Shown here: positions 17,852 to 30,619 of the stretch, in pieces
How the letters are laid out: the number at the start of each line of letters is the position of its first letter
Position numbering within the stretch: position 1 is the first letter of the stretch
Source: the human T2T-CHM13v2.0 reference genome, Homo sapiens
Direction: 5' to 3' (one strand)
Assembly (NCBI RefSeq): GCF_009914755.1
Contig: NC_060935.1
DNA length: 64,000 nucleotides
Position numbers and translations under genes: made by a program
Notes under the pieces: generated by a model
The model's input: the letters and a program-made list of their open reading frames with translations, nothing else
Told to the model about the DNA's origin: nothing
The model's database searches: none

Positions 17852-19844
17852 ATGTTACTTTCCAAAGTCACTGAAACAACCATCCCAAAGGTTCTAAGAA
17901 GGATATTTTTGACTTGTGCTTTTGAACTTTGATGGGGATGGAGGTATCAGGAAGCAGTATTCTCCCAGCCCTCAAGATACTTTCCAGAATCTGGGCATCA
18001 TGAGAATTTGCTCTAATTTCATACAGATTATTAAACCAGGAGAGGTATAACTCACCGTCCTAAATATTCAGCTCCAAAGGGCTTCAACATGTTTTACTCT
18101 ATGTCCCAGTAATCAGGGCCCTGACACACACAAAAAAAACGTAAAATATTTTTTGATTGGTGTGAAAATAAAATTAAAGATCAAAAAGAGCTCTCCACGG
18201 AAACTGATCAGTTTTATTCCCAATAATTTATACATCAGCAAATTTTACTGAGTACCTACATATACCTTTCACGTATAATTCTCCATGTCCTTATTATAAG
18301 CACCAGGACTACCTGTTCCCACCAGCATGCCCAGCCTCATTCCATGCTCTGTTACTAGCACTACATAAGAGGGAACTTCTCTGAAAAATCTGCTTTTGCC
18401 TTGAAGTTCACCATCTATAAGGTTTCAGCCACAGAGGTGAAGATGGACGGGTAAAACCTAATAAGATAAGGCAAATAGGGAAAAGATGGGATCAGAATTA
18501 GCTGTGTGTTTTAGGACTGGGGTAGGCACTGGAAAGGAGATAGGTCTGGTTGCCAGTAATAAAAGGACCAAGGAGACAAGCAAAATAAGGAATTGGGAGG
18601 TTGCAGAAGGCATGAGGAAGATCCAACAGCAAAGACGTCTCTGACAGTAGGGGAATCTATTTTAGTTTCCAGTTCCAAGTTCTTAGATTTGGTTCCAAAG
18701 AATGACTCTACTTTTAGTTCAGGGGTTATCCCAAGCTAAGCAATGCTCTATGGGGTGGAGGGTCAACATAGTTACTGGTAGTAAGGCATTTGACTTGCTA
18801 AGCTGCTTCTAATGTGGAGCGGGTAAAAGATCTGTCTAGAATCATTTTATAGGACTCCTATTGGGAGTTCTATATAATAATGACAGAATGCACTGCCCTC
18901 ACCTAGGAATAATGTCTTCTGGCCAGTCAGGGCCCCATGAACAACACAGAGGTAGGTCCCTGGACATTTTTGCTTTTGCTGACATTCCGTCCTTCCAGTG
19001 GCCCCATGTGTGTGGATGCTGAGCATCCTGAAACTGACAATAACAATCCCTGAGCAACATAAATGGAGTAAGAACAAGCAAAGGGGAAACATAAGTAGGC
19101 ACAGGTGGAGCAGAAAGAGAAGGACACAGAGATCACTGGCGGCTAGGGCCTAGGAAGGAGAAACAAGCCAAGACCCTGGGCCATCTCTTCTGTCTAAAGT
19201 CCAAAAAGCAACCACCATGTGATATGGCCACTCTTTACCTGGCAGAACTCTACTGCTTGCCGGTCTAAGCCATGACCTTGCTTTCACTTCCCTTCCATAG
19301 CTAAAGCACCTGAGGAAGTGTGCTCTTCAGATGTACTTCCTTTCCCATCACTTATGTTTAATTCGAAGGAGATTTTCCTAGCCCTGAAGTCCCAAATACT
19401 CTGTTATGGAATCTAACAGCCCAGCAACACTTGAAATTGTCTCTGCTTTCTCTGTATGGTCTCACAAGTTATTGAGAAGGGTTGACCTTGTTCTAATCAT
19501 ATGTGGGGACACACCACACTCCTTGGTATGCTTTGCTAAAGCTGAGTTCTTGCATATTATCTATGGATTGCATAACTAGAGTTCAACCTACTCCTCCACT
19601 ATAAGCTGGTTTGCACATTTCCATCTCACTCCCTTAGCCCAGTAGACATGGATGGATTTAGACTTGGGGCCTTTCTAGGCTGCCTCATCCAAGAGAGCTA
19701 ATGCCTCATGTCACAAGGTATGGTGGCTGAAGCAAAGTTTACACCTGTCTGCCAATTTATTAGCACCTTACATGGACTGATTCAAGAGTCCAGATTTACA
19801 AGTAAACTTACACATTATTGATGGCAACTCTCTTTTTCCCCTTA

Positions 19845-19878
19845 CACACACATACACACACACACAGACACACACACT
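19845..19878. repeat. (CA)n microsatellite, interrupted
   Basis: CACACACATACACACACACACAGACACACACAC. Confidence 0.85.
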
Positions 19879-20119
19879 ATTACCTTCTACTATTTTCTAT
19901 CATAAGGAGACTGAGAAAATCAAGCTATCTTTTCATGGTCAACATACTCAATATCTTTCCACTAGCAGAATTCCTTATAAATGAAAAATATAGGAGACAA
20001 AGAAGCAAAAACATTTTGTATTGAGCACATTGTCTAACTTTCCTCACCCAATTCCCTGAGTTCTTGTAAACCTGGGCTTAATTATTATTCTCATTTTTGT
20101 CATGATAAAGTCACTTACT

Positions 20120-21500
20120 TTATGGAGCTCACAGTCTATTTAGAAAATAGACTTCAATAAAATAATTAACTAAAACAAAATAATATTACAATAAAGAAAT
20201 GTGTTCTTCCTTAAAGGAGAAGGAATGAATTTAGTGTATAATAAAGAGACCTGCCTTAGTTTGGAGAAATGGGAAAGGCTTCTCTAAGGAAGAGTTTGAG
20301 CTGAGAACTGAAGGTCGAACAGGAGTTACCTAGAAGAAATACGGAGTATTCGAGACAGAGGAGGGGACATGGCCTGGTTCAGGGCAGAGCATGGCACATT
20401 TCACCTGTTAAAATAAGGCCAGTTTTCTAAAGTACAGTGAATGCTGTCAGATGAGGCTCATTAAATATTAGTTGTTTCTTCTTCTACTTTATTATTTTAA
20501 TTAATTAATACAAAATTATTGAACAATTTTAATCAAGGAGAGAACAATCATATTGGTATCTGATATGAGACATGGAGATAAGAGGGATGAGGTTGACTAG
20601 GTTTTTGACATTAACACCTGAATGAATGACAGTACCATTAGCTGATAGGGAAGACACTGAAGGAATACCAATATCTGGAGTGAGATCATCAGTGTTGTAT
20701 CAAAATTACCATGGACAGCTTTTAAGTCTTCCGAGTGCATACATCTAATAGGCAATTAGTTGGTAAAGCCTAGAACTTGGAGGAGAAGTCAAAGCTGGAG
20801 ATATAAATTTGTGAGTTATCAGTATGTAGGTGTAAGGGAAGTTGTAGGCATAAAGGTGAATGTGCTATGAAATTCAACACTGAGTAACTCCAAAAATATT
20901 AAACAATGCAATTTCATGATAAAGAGCTAAGACTCTGAAGCCAGATTGCCTTTGTCTGAATTCCAGTTCCTTCATTATAGTAGCTGTGCGGCCTCAAGCA
21001 ATTAACTTAACCTCTTAGTACTGCCATTCCCTCATCAGTAAAAATGGAGCTAATAACATATACCCCAGGGCTTTGGGAGTATTAAATGAACAAACACATT
21101 AAAAGCTCTAAGAAGAGTGTCTGGCACATAATACTTAGCAAATATAAGTTGTTTCTTTGGCTGCTTCTTGTTAATTATTATTTTCATCATCATTATCAAT
21201 ATTAGACATTAGAAGGTGATTATGCAAAGTAGACAGAAAAGGAATATCCAAAGAGGGAATCAGGAGAGCATGATGTCTTACAGGCCAAAGAGGAATGAGC
21301 TCAGAAAGAGGCTATGACCAACCATGCTGAATTCTAATGAGAGGTCAGGTAAGATGAAAACTGCAAAATGCCTATTGTATTTATGGACATGCAGGTTATT
21401 ATTAGCCTTAGAAACTTTTTTGAGAGTTTCAAGCATAAACATGGTTAACATTAGATGGAAATGATCAAATTGAGAAACAAGCCAAAGAGAGAAGATGAAG
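20120..21500 (-). mobile_element. L2 LINE fragments interrupted by a MIR
   Basis: GGAGCTCACAGTCTA...GGAAAGGCTTCTCTAAGGAAGAGTTTGAGCTGAGAACTGAAGG; GCTGGAGATATAAATTTGTGAGTTATCAG; ATGCTGAATTCTAATGAGAGGTCAGGTAAGATGAAAACTG are antisense L2 motifs. Confidence 0.65.
20915..21145 (+). mobile_element. MIR SINE
   Basis: GACTCTGAAGCCAGATTGCC...GAATTCCAGTTCC...AGCTGTGCGGCCTCAAGCAATTAACTTAACCTCT...GTGTCTGGCACATA. Confidence 0.8.
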
Positions 21501-23199
21501 AAGGAATGATGTCTTCTAAGAGAACAGCAATGACTGGGCTCCAAAGCTCAGGTCATGTCAATGGTCTTAGGTGGAAGGTGTTACAGCTCCTGATAGCAGG
21601 CGGGAAAGAGAAGAGGAAGGTCACAGACAATGGTTTTATCATCGGGGGCTGAGGGAGATCCCATTGCTGTCTTTTATTTTCTTTTAAAAAAAATGTGAGA
21701 CTCCATCTTAAAGAAAGAGAATTACTTATGAGAGCATAGGATGTATAGAAAGAGAAGGAGATAGGGAGTGAGTGGCCAGGGGATTTAAAAATTTGGAGAA
21801 AGTTTGCAGCATCCTGCAGTGGGTAGAAAGGTGAGCTAACTTGATAAAATGTTGGATGATCTTTGGCAGTCCTGAGGGACTATTTGAGGTTGGTGACAAT
21901 AAATTGAAATTAGAACCAACGTGTTTTATTTTGTACCTTTTTTCATCCCATCTTTTTCATGGTACAATTATAAAGATAATTATTTGGATTCACCAGGGTT
22001 GATGCTTGAACAAGTGGGGATAATATTTAAGAGAAGGAAAAGGGATTGTTGGTACTACTGGATTGATGGGTGATGGAGGGAACTGTTAAAGGAAATGAGT
22101 AAGAGCAAGGAGAGGAGCTCTGATGAGTCCCCAGCGATGACATCATGGGGCCGAACAGAGAGCTGAAAGGGGAGAGACCACAGTGGAAGAGCGGGATGCT
22201 CAGGTTTAAGCTTTTGGAGAGAGGACCACCATGCTCAGGCTCTTTCTCCAACAGATTTCATCTTCTTACCTCTCAAGGTTCCTGCTCCATCGTTCCCACC
22301 GACACTGCGGATATCCCTATATCAATGACCAAACCAAACAAAATGCCTTTGTAACCACTGAGCTCAACCAGACATATTACTGATCACCTTTTTTCTTACT
22401 GTCAAACCACTACATAAATGAATCACACACTCTGCTCCCACTTTTCTTTCCTTTCTTCACTTCAGAAATCTTATTTCTGCCTCCAACCTCATAGAAATAC
22501 CATGTTCTATCTTTAGTGTTACTAATGATCTCTTTTCTACAAAATCCAATGGTATTTTTCTATTCATCATTCTTCCCTAAAGAAAAGTAAGGACTTTGAG
22601 AATCAAAGAAGTAGAGAGGGAATTTCAGGTAGAAATATAACTTTAGCATAAAGAAATGTAAGCAGAGGTATGAAAGGAACCTTCAAGGGGCCATGCAGAG
22701 CCTGTGGACAGTAACGGATGAACGTCAGAGATAGCAGGAGATGCAACTGGAAAATTGTAAAATAGGCCATTGGAAAATAGAACAGGGATGAGCTAAGTTG
22801 ACTTACATACTAGGTCCCCTTGTTTAAACTTAGTCCTATTAGGCAGTGAGGAATATTCAGAACTTTTTTTAGTAGGGAAATTACATGAAAACAGTGTTGT
22901 TTTAGGAAGATTAATCTGGCCAAATTCAGAACGAATTAGATATGGCTAAAAGCTATGCATCTAGTTCAGATAATTAATTCCATCCAACAAGCGTTTATGA
23001 AGCTTTTCTATGGATATGTGCCGTCCATTGTCCTATAACATTGTCCTAGGGAGAAGCAAAGTGCTGACTCCAGAGATAATACAAAGTAAATATGATATGT
23101 ACATATTCCTTAGGACATCAGAATTCTAACATTGGGAGCAACGCAAAAGAACTTTGGGTAAATACCTCTACTATAAGGCATTATAAGAGATGTTTCGCC

Positions 23200-23565
<366 letters not shown>

Positions 23566-24109
23566 TCAATTAATATCAACTGAAGTGGAAGATTAACAGA
23601 AGGTCTCTCCTAGGTGACATGAGTGGAGCCTTGAAGGAGAATAGAGTATCAGCTGGTGGAACTTACTGCAATTGCACAATGTTGAGTCCTTTGCCACTAT
23701 TACTCTACAGGCCAGCTTTATAACTCCCAGGCCCAAAGGCTGACATAGGCTTGGAGTTTCAGGTCAATTGTGTGGAGAGCTTGGATACGAACCATGCTCC
23801 ATCCTGTAAATGTTCTAACTTGGGGGAAATCGGCAATAGACTGCTGGAACAACCTGATTCCGGCAGTAATGAAATATTGTTGGCTATTGATCTACCAGAA
23901 GACTGCATTGATTATCTGCCCTGTTGGTGACTAGGAAGCAGTGAAAAGAGACAAGAGGAGAGAACAGCGGCCATGCAGAGAGCAGGTGGTGCATGGTCCA
24001 GGCCTCCAGTCTGTTTCAAGAGATCCTGATGCTACTTTCTATGAGTACAGTGTTTGGGGGTGACAGGTTAGCACTTCACTGAAAGAGACATTGAGGGCTG
24101 CTGCAAGAA

Positions 24110-24270
24110 CAGAGAAATGGTCAGCTGATCACTGACTTGCTCTCTATTCTTGGGCAGATCATCTTTCCCTGACACATTGTTCCTACCTGTAAATTGAAGA
24201 TAATAATCCATGGCCCTTTGTTATCACAGTAAGTGGAAAATGAGATCCTGTAGGTGAAGGACGTTGAAGT
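24110..24270 (+). mobile_element. MIR fragment
   Basis: ACTGACTTGCTCTCTATTCTTGGGCAGATCA...TTCCTACCTGTAAATTGAAGATAATAA. Confidence 0.55.
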
Positions 24271-25100
24271 CACAAAGAGAAAGGAGCTCTTCTATGAAAC
24301 TTCCAGAGGGTAGTGGCAGCATCAACTGACATTTATGGGCGCTAACTCTGCACAGGGCACCATTGCTTATCCTGTACACTGCATTAACTAAAACTAAAAA
24401 TTGTCCCTGTCTAGGGAAAGTTTGCCCTTCAAAAATCTTAGCTGCAGAGGTTACATAAATACATTCATAGAAGAAAAAACATAAGGAGGAGGGGAAAGAT
24501 TTTTTTTAAAGCCCATATCTCTATGTTTAACTGACATGAGATTTTTATTTATTTTTACTACTTAAATTTTTTGAGCCTACACCGCAGGAATAAGCAGAGT
24601 CTATTAAAGAGTCTGATGCTGCAAATGATCTTACAGAAGATCACTAGAATTTATGATCAGCTCTGCCCTTGCAACCTGCCTTCCCTGCAGCAGCAGGCGA
24701 GGAAGGCAGAGAGGCTGAGAGGTCATTGGCTGACATCAGCAGGTACAAAGTATGCCATCCTTCCAGGTTTGGAGACGTGGAAGTAAACACGGATTGTGCC
24801 AGGAGCAAGCTTTGACCTGACTGTGGGGTTGCGGGTGGGGGCATGTGTGTCTGCTGGGCAGCAGGAGAAGAAGTTTCTCTCTGTACTGGGGCTGTGAAAG
24901 GCTGGGCTGCCCTCACACTGCAGGTGTCGGGGGCTCAGGAGCCTCTTCTTATCTTTTGTGTGACTGCAACTATTTTCCCAAGAAAATTAAAGTGACTTAG
25001 TCAGTTAACCTGAAATTCCCAGCAGCAGATTAGAAGTTTTGTCATCAGACTTTGGTGGCTGAGAGAGCAGAAAGTGCTGAGTGTGACAGAGGTGGGATTC

Positions 25101-25120
25101 CACTACCACCTAGTGGGCAG
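25101..25120 (-). promoter_or_regulatory. CTCF-like motif
   Basis: Minus strand CTGCCCACTAGGTGGTAGTG matches the core CCASYAGRKGGCRS with one C>T change. Confidence 0.5.
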
Positions 25121-25247
25121 CAAGGGGCCACCTCTTTGCCCCTCATGGCTCCAAGGAACATCAAGGGAACTGGGAGGGAAACAGTCAAAAAGGAAGTTAA
25201 TATAAGTTCTAGGTAGAATTAGACCATCTTGTAGTGCTTCCATCAGC

Positions 25248-25284
25248 CACCTGATGGGGTGCATTCTGAGCACCCCATCAGGTG
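25248..25284. repeat. Perfect inverted repeat (15-bp stem, 7-nt loop)
   Basis: CACCTGATGGGGTGC-ATTCTGA-GCACCCCATCAGGTG. Confidence 0.95.
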
Positions 25285-25721
25285 TTGATAGTAGGTTGGA
25301 GAGCTGCTACCCTCCCTCAGAATTTGGTTCCTGGGCCCTGGAATGACAGGATGCACCCAGCCTGCTTCGGGGCAGTCGACTGGCCAAAGAGAGGCATTGG
25401 ACCTGATTCGAGGAAACCTATTCTCATATTTGAAGCCAGGGGCTTATTCATCCACTGCAAAATCAGTTCACTGCTGTCAAAGACTATAGCTGAGTCATTT
25501 CTAGTTTCCTCCCTGCTGCCTGCCTTATGCACTGAGCATGTTGCTCTTGAAACACATTTTTTTGACAGTAGATGCAGTGCTCACAGTTTTATATGTGAAA
25601 GGAAGTGATGTTTATTATGATCACAATGAGACTAAAATGTGAGGATCACTGCCCACAAGCAGTTCATATTCTAGAGGAGCTGGGAGACACAAACAAGTAG
25701 TTGCAGAAAAATCTAACAGTG

Positions 25722-26537
25722 TGTAATGGTTAATTTTATGTGTCAGCTTGGCTAGGCTATGGTATCATTTTTGGTTAAACACCAGTCTAAATATTGCTGT
25801 AAATGTATTATTTAGATATTATTAACATTTAAATTAGTAGCTTTTGAGTGAGGCAGGTGATCCTTCATAATGTGAATGTGCCTTGTCCAACCAGTTGTAG
25901 GCCTTAAGAGAAAAGACCTCAAAAGGTCTTTTGAGTAGAAGGAATTGTGCCTCCAGACTGCATTTAGATTCAAGGTACAACATTAACTCTTTCCAGGGTC
26001 TCCAGCCTGCAGGCCTGTCCTTCAGAATTCAGCCTTGCCAGCCCCTACAATTGCATGAGAGAATTCCTTAAAATAAATCTCTCAATACATAGATGATTGA
26101 TAGATAGATAGATGACAGATATAGACAGATGATAGATAGGTGATAGATGTAGAGAAAGATAAATGATAGTGATAGATGATTGATAGGTGACAAATATAGA
26201 CAGATGATAGATATTATAGGCATATGATTGATAAATAGATGACAGATATAGATGGATGATAGATAGATAGATGACAGATATAGACAGATGATAGATAGGG
26301 GATAGATATAGAGAAAGATAAATGATAGATAGTGATAGATAGAAGATTGATAGGTGACAAATATAGAGAGATGATAGATATTATAGGTAGATGATTGATA
26401 AATAGATGACAGATATAGAGGATGATAGATGATAGATCGATGATAGATAGATAGAGGATGTGTATATAGATCCATAGATCTCTACAGCTATGCACATTCC
26501 ATTGGTTATGATTCTCTGGAGGACCCTGACTAATACA
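25722..26537 (+). mobile_element. MLT2 (ERVL LTR, MLT2B/C-like) solo LTR with an expanded GATA repeat inside
   Basis: Starts TGTAATGGTTAATTTTATGTGTCAGCTTGGCTAGGC and ends TTCTCTGGAGGACCCTGACTAATACA. AATAAA precedes the repeat. Confidence 0.88.
26088..26475. repeat. Complex (GATA/GACA)n repeat with higher-order duplication
   Basis: About 390 bp of GATA variants with two ~165-bp higher-order units. Confidence 0.92.
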
Positions 26538-27144
26538 GATTCATAATGGAGAGCATTTCAAAGCATTCTAGCATCACAGAGAAGAGATTTATTCTGCCTG
26601 AGGGATCAGGATGAATTTACATCAGCGGTAGCACTTAGGATACTCTTTCAAGGACAGACAAATTGAAGTTCCACAGATGAGGAAGGAAAATAATTTTTTT
26701 CAGGCAAAGGGAATAAGCAGATATGATCTGATCAGAGACACTATGCAAACAGAGTGACCTTCAATAACTCTAGTCTATGGTGCCTGGGATGGCACATGCT
26801 GAATGAAAGCTGAGATAGAATGAGACAAAGTTACTGAGGACCTGTTGTAAAGGACCTTGATTGCTCAAGGTTTGTCCTTCCTCAGAGACACTAAGATCTC
26901 TGATGTCCTAGGCATGAATGCATAGTGTGAAATGAAGTCAAGAAGTGACAAGTTTGATTTCCTTAGAAGGCTGCTTGGGATAGACAGGTAAACATTAAAA
27001 GGCTGCTACAATTTTTATTTCAAATTCTAATAAGAATTATCTGTAGGTGTGAAGACTAGCAGTGGGTCACAGAGCACCCCAGAGACAAAGAAATAGAAAC
27101 AGTCTTCTCTCTGCTATCCTCTGATATCTTCATAAGAGTGAGTA

Positions 27145-27380
27145 CAGCAGGATGGTTGAGAAGCTTGGTTCTGCCATCAAACTGCACTAAGTCGGTATCT
27201 CTCCACTACTGGTTAAGTCACCTTGAACAAATTATTCTCTAAACCCCAGTTTCTTCACTTATAAACCAGATCTAATAATAGTACTTGCTTCATATGGCTG
27301 TTGAGAGGATTAAATGAGATCAGACATGGGGGTGCTTGGCCCAGCACTGAGCACCTTGTAAAAGCTCACTAAGCATTATT
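27145..27380 (+). mobile_element. MIR SINE
   Basis: GATGGTTGAGAAGCTTGGTTCTG...CACCTTGAACAAATTA...CAGTTTCTTCACTTATAAA...GTTGAGAGGATTAAATGAGAT. Confidence 0.75.
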
Positions 27381-29047
27381 TTTTAATGCAAAAAGGATAC
27401 TAGAGAAAGATGCTAGCACTGTTTAACATAAGCATGGACATTTTTTTAAAGATTAGTTTCTAATACCATCCTAACCCTTTTGTCAAGTGGGCTTGCTGGT
27501 ATATTGATCAGAAACATAAGCTTCTGTTCTTCAAAGATGGCCCATTAGGGTTACAATTGTGTTCTTGTTTTATCAAAGGGAAGAAGGAAAGACACTACTA
27601 ATGCTAATGGTGTCAACTAATAATTTTGGGTACAGAGAAGTCTAGAGAACACATTGCTTATGTACGTATCACTTTCTGGTGTTTACCTTACAATCAGATC
27701 CTTAGGGCTCCCAATGGGCCACTGTGAAACTAAAGGGCAGTCAGGATATCTCATTCTAATGTCATGTTTGAAAGGAAGATGCATGCCATACAATCTTCAC
27801 CATCTTATACTGCCTGCCTTTTTCCTAAGAGCTCTAAATTTCTGCTGTGGGTCAAGGCTGGGAGGTGGTGTGATCAGATGGCTAAATGATTAAGAAGTAG
27901 CCTCATGAAGAGCCCGAGGCAGCCTGGCCCTCATTAATATATTCTGTTCAAGCCCCCTAGGGCAAGAATGACAACTGGAAATTATACTTGTCATCTTCCT
28001 AGAAGTTGGCATTAGTAAAGTATTTTCTCCTACAGGGTTAATGCTGGTTGAATATTCCTGGGGCATCTACAGATAGGCACTGTATGATCAGTGGAGATAT
28101 TTTAAACCACCACAAATTTGCACAGGTGTAAATACGATGATTCAAATAAGTGGACACACATTTACACATACGTACACCCACACTTAAATACCACACCACA
28201 TCCCCAAGTGTCGTATGACATCTAAGGCTTCCCTGTCTATCATCTGTAAGAGGAGTCCACAGATGAACCTATCTCAGGTGAGACTCTCCTGAGCTCAACA
28301 CTTAGCTCTCTCTGAGTCCCTGGTCTCCCCATAAAGAAGAAGTTTTAAGAGGGTTGTGAAGCCATTTGACTGCCAGGAAACTCACAGCCAGATTTTGTGC
28401 TCAACTGCAGCAGCTATCCTAGGATTAGAATTTAGGTAAGATTATCACTCTCCTTTTCTATTTCTCTGCTCTTAGCTTTTTCCGGAGGAATGCATATTAT
28501 ACTCCTATACCTAATTTATAACCATAGAAGTTATCCTCAAAGGCCTTCATGGCCATAAATCTCATGAATCCTGTCCCATCCCAGAGTCATAGAGTGGATC
28601 CTATTTCTTCTAATGGCATCCCTAGTCCCTAAATACCTAACTAGGTGAAGGTTTAATTTTGAAACACACTGGTTCTCCAATGAAACAAATGCATGTAGGT
28701 CTGGGGGTTGTTTCTCTTACTTATAGATGGCTCAGACTATGACAAGGGCTTCATTCACCCAGTAGTTAAGGGAGGAAAGAACTGGAGACTAAAGACTGAA
28801 GGCAGACAGGATACTAGAGGGCTGGACCAGGGTCCTAGCCCGTACATGATGCACACTGGGGTTCCCACCCAGCTCACTCTAGGACTCAATTTCCGCTTCT
28901 CTAGTAGGTCTAAATTATTTAAATCATCAATTTTCAAACATGTCTAAACTTGAAAAAATTTTAACAAAATATTGTAATGAAGCCAATAATAATAATAATA
29001 AAAGCAATAAATATTGCAAGTATTAATACAACAGATGGATACCTCAG

Positions 29048-29450
29048 TGTGACAGTTTCAGGAGTGAAGGGCGTTTCCCCATAGCTGCTAGCAGCTGACT
29101 GCCTCAGCTTTCAGACCTCTTTGACGACTGCCTTGGCTGAAGAAAATTGTTTCACCCAAAGTCACACATCTCCTTCTCAGGGCAGGCTTCATCTAAAGCT
29201 TGATCAATGCAGGGTTATAAAGATGTGGCTCCCTTGTTCCAATTCATGACAACTCCAATGAACCAGCCTAGCTCTCAAGCTTCCTATGGCATTGGCTGTG
29301 AGGCTTCCTTGCAAATCAACTCAACTTTCTGTCCAATCTTGCTTCCTCTCCCTCTTTCCCCCATGTGTTGATCCAACAATACTCTCTGATACACATTCTG
29401 CTCTCTTATCTCTGCCTCAGGGTCTGCTTCCTGGGAACCTACTTGTGATT
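29048..29450 (+). mobile_element. ERVL solo LTR, LTR16-like
   Basis: TGTGACAG start, GCAGGGTTATAAA TATA region, GCTTCCTCTCCCTC..GTGTTGATCC, and 3' end CTCAGGGTCTGCTTCCTGGGAACCTACTTGTGA. Confidence 0.7.
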
Positions 29451-29580
29451 TTAACTAACATTCATTGCAACCTATTGCTTCAGGATCTGTGATAGGCTTT
29501 CCGCATGCATCATCTCATTTAACCCCTTTAACAGTCTTGCACAGGAAGGTAAAATGGGGTACAGGATAATATTGTAGGTA

Positions 29581-30311
29581 CAGCACTCCCCCATATCTGT
29601 GGGGAATATGTTTCAAGACCCCCAGTGGATGCCCAGTGGGGAATATGTTTCAAGACCCCCAGTATGAAACCTGATTGCTGTCAATTGGAACATATTTTTG
29701 TTCGTGTCTTCCATGCAGAAATTTAGTGCCTTTTCTACCTTAACTAAGGACTTATCATGCACCGTAGCCAAAACTTTTGCAGTGTGAGAGGTGGCAGCAA
29801 AACCAGCATCATTTGTCCCCCTTCTTCACAATGCAATGGATAGAAGATTCGTTCCTACCAGAAATCTCAGTCACCTCAGCAAACAACTTTTTTTCTTTCC
29901 TTATTAAGTTAACCTTTCTACTTGAAGGAAGCCTTTTATGACTGCTCTTTGGCATATGTGAACTGCCAACGTGACTACTCTTGCATTTTGGGGCCATTAT
30001 GAAGTGAAATAAGGTTGACTCAAATACAAACACTGTAATGTTGCAATAGTGCATCTGATAATGAAGACAGCCACTAAGTGACTCACGGGAGAGCATTGTA
30101 GACAGCGTGGACACGCTGGACAAAGGCATGATTCACATCCCGGGAGGGAGAGGGACAGCACAAGATTTCTTCATGCTACTCAGAACAGTGTGCAGTTTAA
30201 AACATATAAGTTATTTATTTCTGGAATTTTCCATTTAATATTTTTGGCTCTTGATTGAACTTGGGTCACTGGAACAGCAGAAAGCAAAACCACAGCTAAA
30301 GAGCATTATTG
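29581..30311. mobile_element. MER44 (Tigger7-derived, TcMar-Tigger) non-autonomous DNA transposon
   Basis: TA|CAGCACTCCCCCATATCTGTGGGG...CAAGACCCCCAGTGGATGCC left TIR region and degenerate right end AGAAAGCAAAACCACAGCTAAA. The minus-strand ORF 29809-30129 holds a Tigger transposase N-terminus (MAPKCKSSHVGSSHMPKSSHKRLP..LIRKEKKLFAEV..GRNESSI). Confidence 0.88.
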
Positions 30312-30619
30312 TCTTGGCATCAGCTAGACCAGGTCATCCTACTGCATTAGAACTTAGTATAGAATCTTGGGCAATATTTTATTTTTTCTAATCCTGTTTT
30401 CTCATGAGTGAAATAAGCCTTATTAATAGAACTAAGTTTTGATGCCTCTTGGAAACATTAAATAACATATTTTCAAGGGGAAGCATCCCAATTGCAGTAA
30501 GTTTTACATGAATTCAACTCTACATCTCCGGTGAGGTTTTTTTTGCACCATTTATATTATGTAGGCAGTGGAAATAATCCTGCCTAAATAATCAGCAGAG
30601 TATAATAGTAATAAAAGGA

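Noticed and set aside
24588-24742. Possible plus-strand coding exon (NKQSLLKSLMLQMILQKITRIYDQL...)
   Set aside because: The acceptor lacks an adjacent pyrimidine tract, the donor CAG|GTACAA is mediocre, and I recognise no homology.
26068-26495. 135-aa and 93-aa minus-strand ORFs
   Set aside because: Translations of the (TATC)n repeat.
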